From the NCBI GenBank assembly GCA_964541255.1, contig CAZIPL010000001.1, positions 2,432 to 66,431 of the forward strand: DNA of 64,000 bases, written 5' to 3'. Below are positions 62,972-64,000 of this stretch, in pieces. The notes under the pieces were generated by a model. It had not been told where the DNA came from. It did no database searches and was given only the letters and a program-made list of their open reading frames with translations. Both the position numbers and the translations under genes were made by a program. This DNA is from an uncultured Clostridia bacterium. GTDB lineage: Bacteria > Bacillota > Clostridia > Christensenellales > CAMQZB01. The stretch's first letter is position 1. Every line of letters begins with the position of its first letter.

Positions 62972-64000
62972 ATGAAGAAAATCATTTGTTTGATATTATC
63001 TGTCGGCATTCTTTTTACGGCAATGTTACCGATTAATACCGCTTATGCCGAAGAAGTCCCCACGTTAATCGCACCGCAGCAAAACGCTCTTTACGAAAAA
63101 ACCGACAGCGGCGAATATGTCTTTGACGGCGATTTCATAGTAAGCTTTTGGAAAGATCTCGAAGCATTATATTTCGATAGAACGGACGGCACCGACGGCG
63201 AAAAAGCGGCGGCGGAATATCTTGCTTCTATTTTGGAATCTTTGGGATTCGACGGCAAGAACGGAAGCTATCTGCAGAGCTTTTCGGTATATAGCGAAGA
63301 CAGCATAGACAGCGGTTACCTTATGCATTCGCAAAATGTCGTAGGCGTCAAAAAAGCGTCTTTTGAGACAAAGGATACCGTCGTTATAGGCGCGCATTAT
63401 GACAACGCTTTCGGGCTATCGAACAGCTTGTCGCACGGCTCTTACGATAACGGAAGCGGCGTTTCGTGCCTTGTCGCGATTGCTTATGCGATAGCAAACG
63501 AAGAGCTTCCGTATAACGTCGAGATAGTATTTTTCGGCATGGAGGAAATGGGTATGCTCGGAAGCGACGCATATGTTTCCGCTATGACGGAGGATGAAGT
63601 TGACAGCGTTTTGATGATGATAAATCTCGACTCCGTTTCATGCGGCGATTATCTATACGTATTCACCGACGAAGTAAAAAGAACTCATGAGACGATGTTT
63701 TTCGAATCTGCCGAAAAGCTCGGGACAAATCTAACCGAAATGCCGTGGGATAAAAAATCAAACGGATACTTCAGAGTTGTAGACGAAAAGCCCTTTGTCC
63801 ACATAGGTATTCAGTCCGACAACGCCGTATTCATGGCAAAAGGTATTCCGACGACTGCGTTTTTGGGATATAACCTTTCGTCGAGCGCGAATATCAACGG
63901 CGAGGAGAGCGAGGGCAGAGTTGATATCATGCACACCGTCAACGACAACGTGTCGTCGATTTTGGATATATACGGAGAAAGCTTTGTCAAAGAGCGTTTC
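62972..64000 (+). CDS. Secreted M28-family metallopeptidase (aminopeptidase-like); 3' end outside window
   Basis: Not in the ORF track because there is no stop in the window. RBS aaggagga. Signal MKKIICLILSVGILFTAMLPINTAYA. VVIGAHYDN, GSYDNGSGVS, FFGMEEMGMLGS. The frame is open to base 64000. Confidence 0.7.
   Translation, partial: MKKIICLILSVGILFTAMLPINTAYAEEVPTLIAPQQNALYEKTDSGEYVFDGDFIVSFWKDLEALYFDRTDGTDGEKAAAEYLASILESLGFDGKNGSYLQSFSVYSEDSIDSGYLMHSQNVVGVKKASFETKDTVVIGAHYDNAFGLSNSLSHGSYDNGSGVSCLVAIAYAIANEELPYNVEIVFFGMEEMGMLGSDAYVSAMTEDEVDSVLMMINLDSVSCGDYLYVFTDEVKRTHETMFFESAEKLGTNLTEMPWDKKSNGYFRVVDEKPFVHIGIQSDNAVFMAKGIPTTAFLGYNLSSSANINGEESEGRVDIMHTVNDNVSSILDIYGESFVKERF

Overview
This is a 64-kb chromosomal segment from a moderately AT-rich Gram-positive bacterium. 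Lipoboxes, GGAGG-type RBSs, a split transketolase, a DnaD/DnaI-type loader pair, DUF1540 and a Firmicute-type GalT point to Bacillota, probably Clostridia; the taxon is inference. I call about 50 protein genes, one tRNA-Thr(GGU), one IS30-family insertion sequence, one preQ1-I riboswitch and a set of intrinsic terminators. I see no rRNA, CRISPR array, prophage or recognisable defence genes. Gene content from left to right: (1) three tandem, individually terminated paralogous ~620-aa ABC solute-binding lipoproteins with mosaic gene-conversion tracts and no permease or ATPase in the window; (2) a PlsC-like acyltransferase with an internal zinc ribbon, which has a paralog at 51.5 kb; (3) a membrane-tethered XRE regulator; (4) a translationally coupled operon of two membrane proteins and a TetR; (5) sdaA and an RlmD-type methyltransferase; (6) a ~10-kb block of uncharacterised envelope genes at 14.9-24.8 kb (beta-propeller/SH3 proteins, two polytopic membrane proteins, a double-zinc-ribbon tail-anchored protein and a 1051-aa lipoprotein); (7) a MerR regulator and an amine-dehydrogenase-like gene; (8) trmB, split tkt and a FAD protein; (9) IS30, tRNA-Thr and replication-loader genes; (10) lepB, rplI and a NYN-LOTUS protein; (11) galT; (12) aspS(type 2)-asnA-asnS; (13) preQ1 riboswitch-queT; (14) an operon of pfkB kinase, class II aldolase, beta-hydroxyacid dehydrogenase and acyltransferase; (15) a MATE transporter, a split chrA pair and a YesM/YesN-type two-component system; (16) comEC-holA and a 3'-truncated M28 peptidase. 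The most unusual sequence is the noncoding block at 24.85-25.56 kb. It holds a ~370-bp array of ~17-18 degenerate 19-24-bp direct repeats built on the palindromic 9-mer ATTGACAAT, with a ~42-bp higher-order period. Next come a perfect 19-bp-stem hairpin, five GC-rich GTAGG[G/A]CGG units, and a two-hairpin element with a conserved GAC[T/G]GAGGGATTG tail. That tail element recurs at 32.3 kb and 54.4 kb with different but still self-complementary stems. All functional readings of these repeats are hypotheses.
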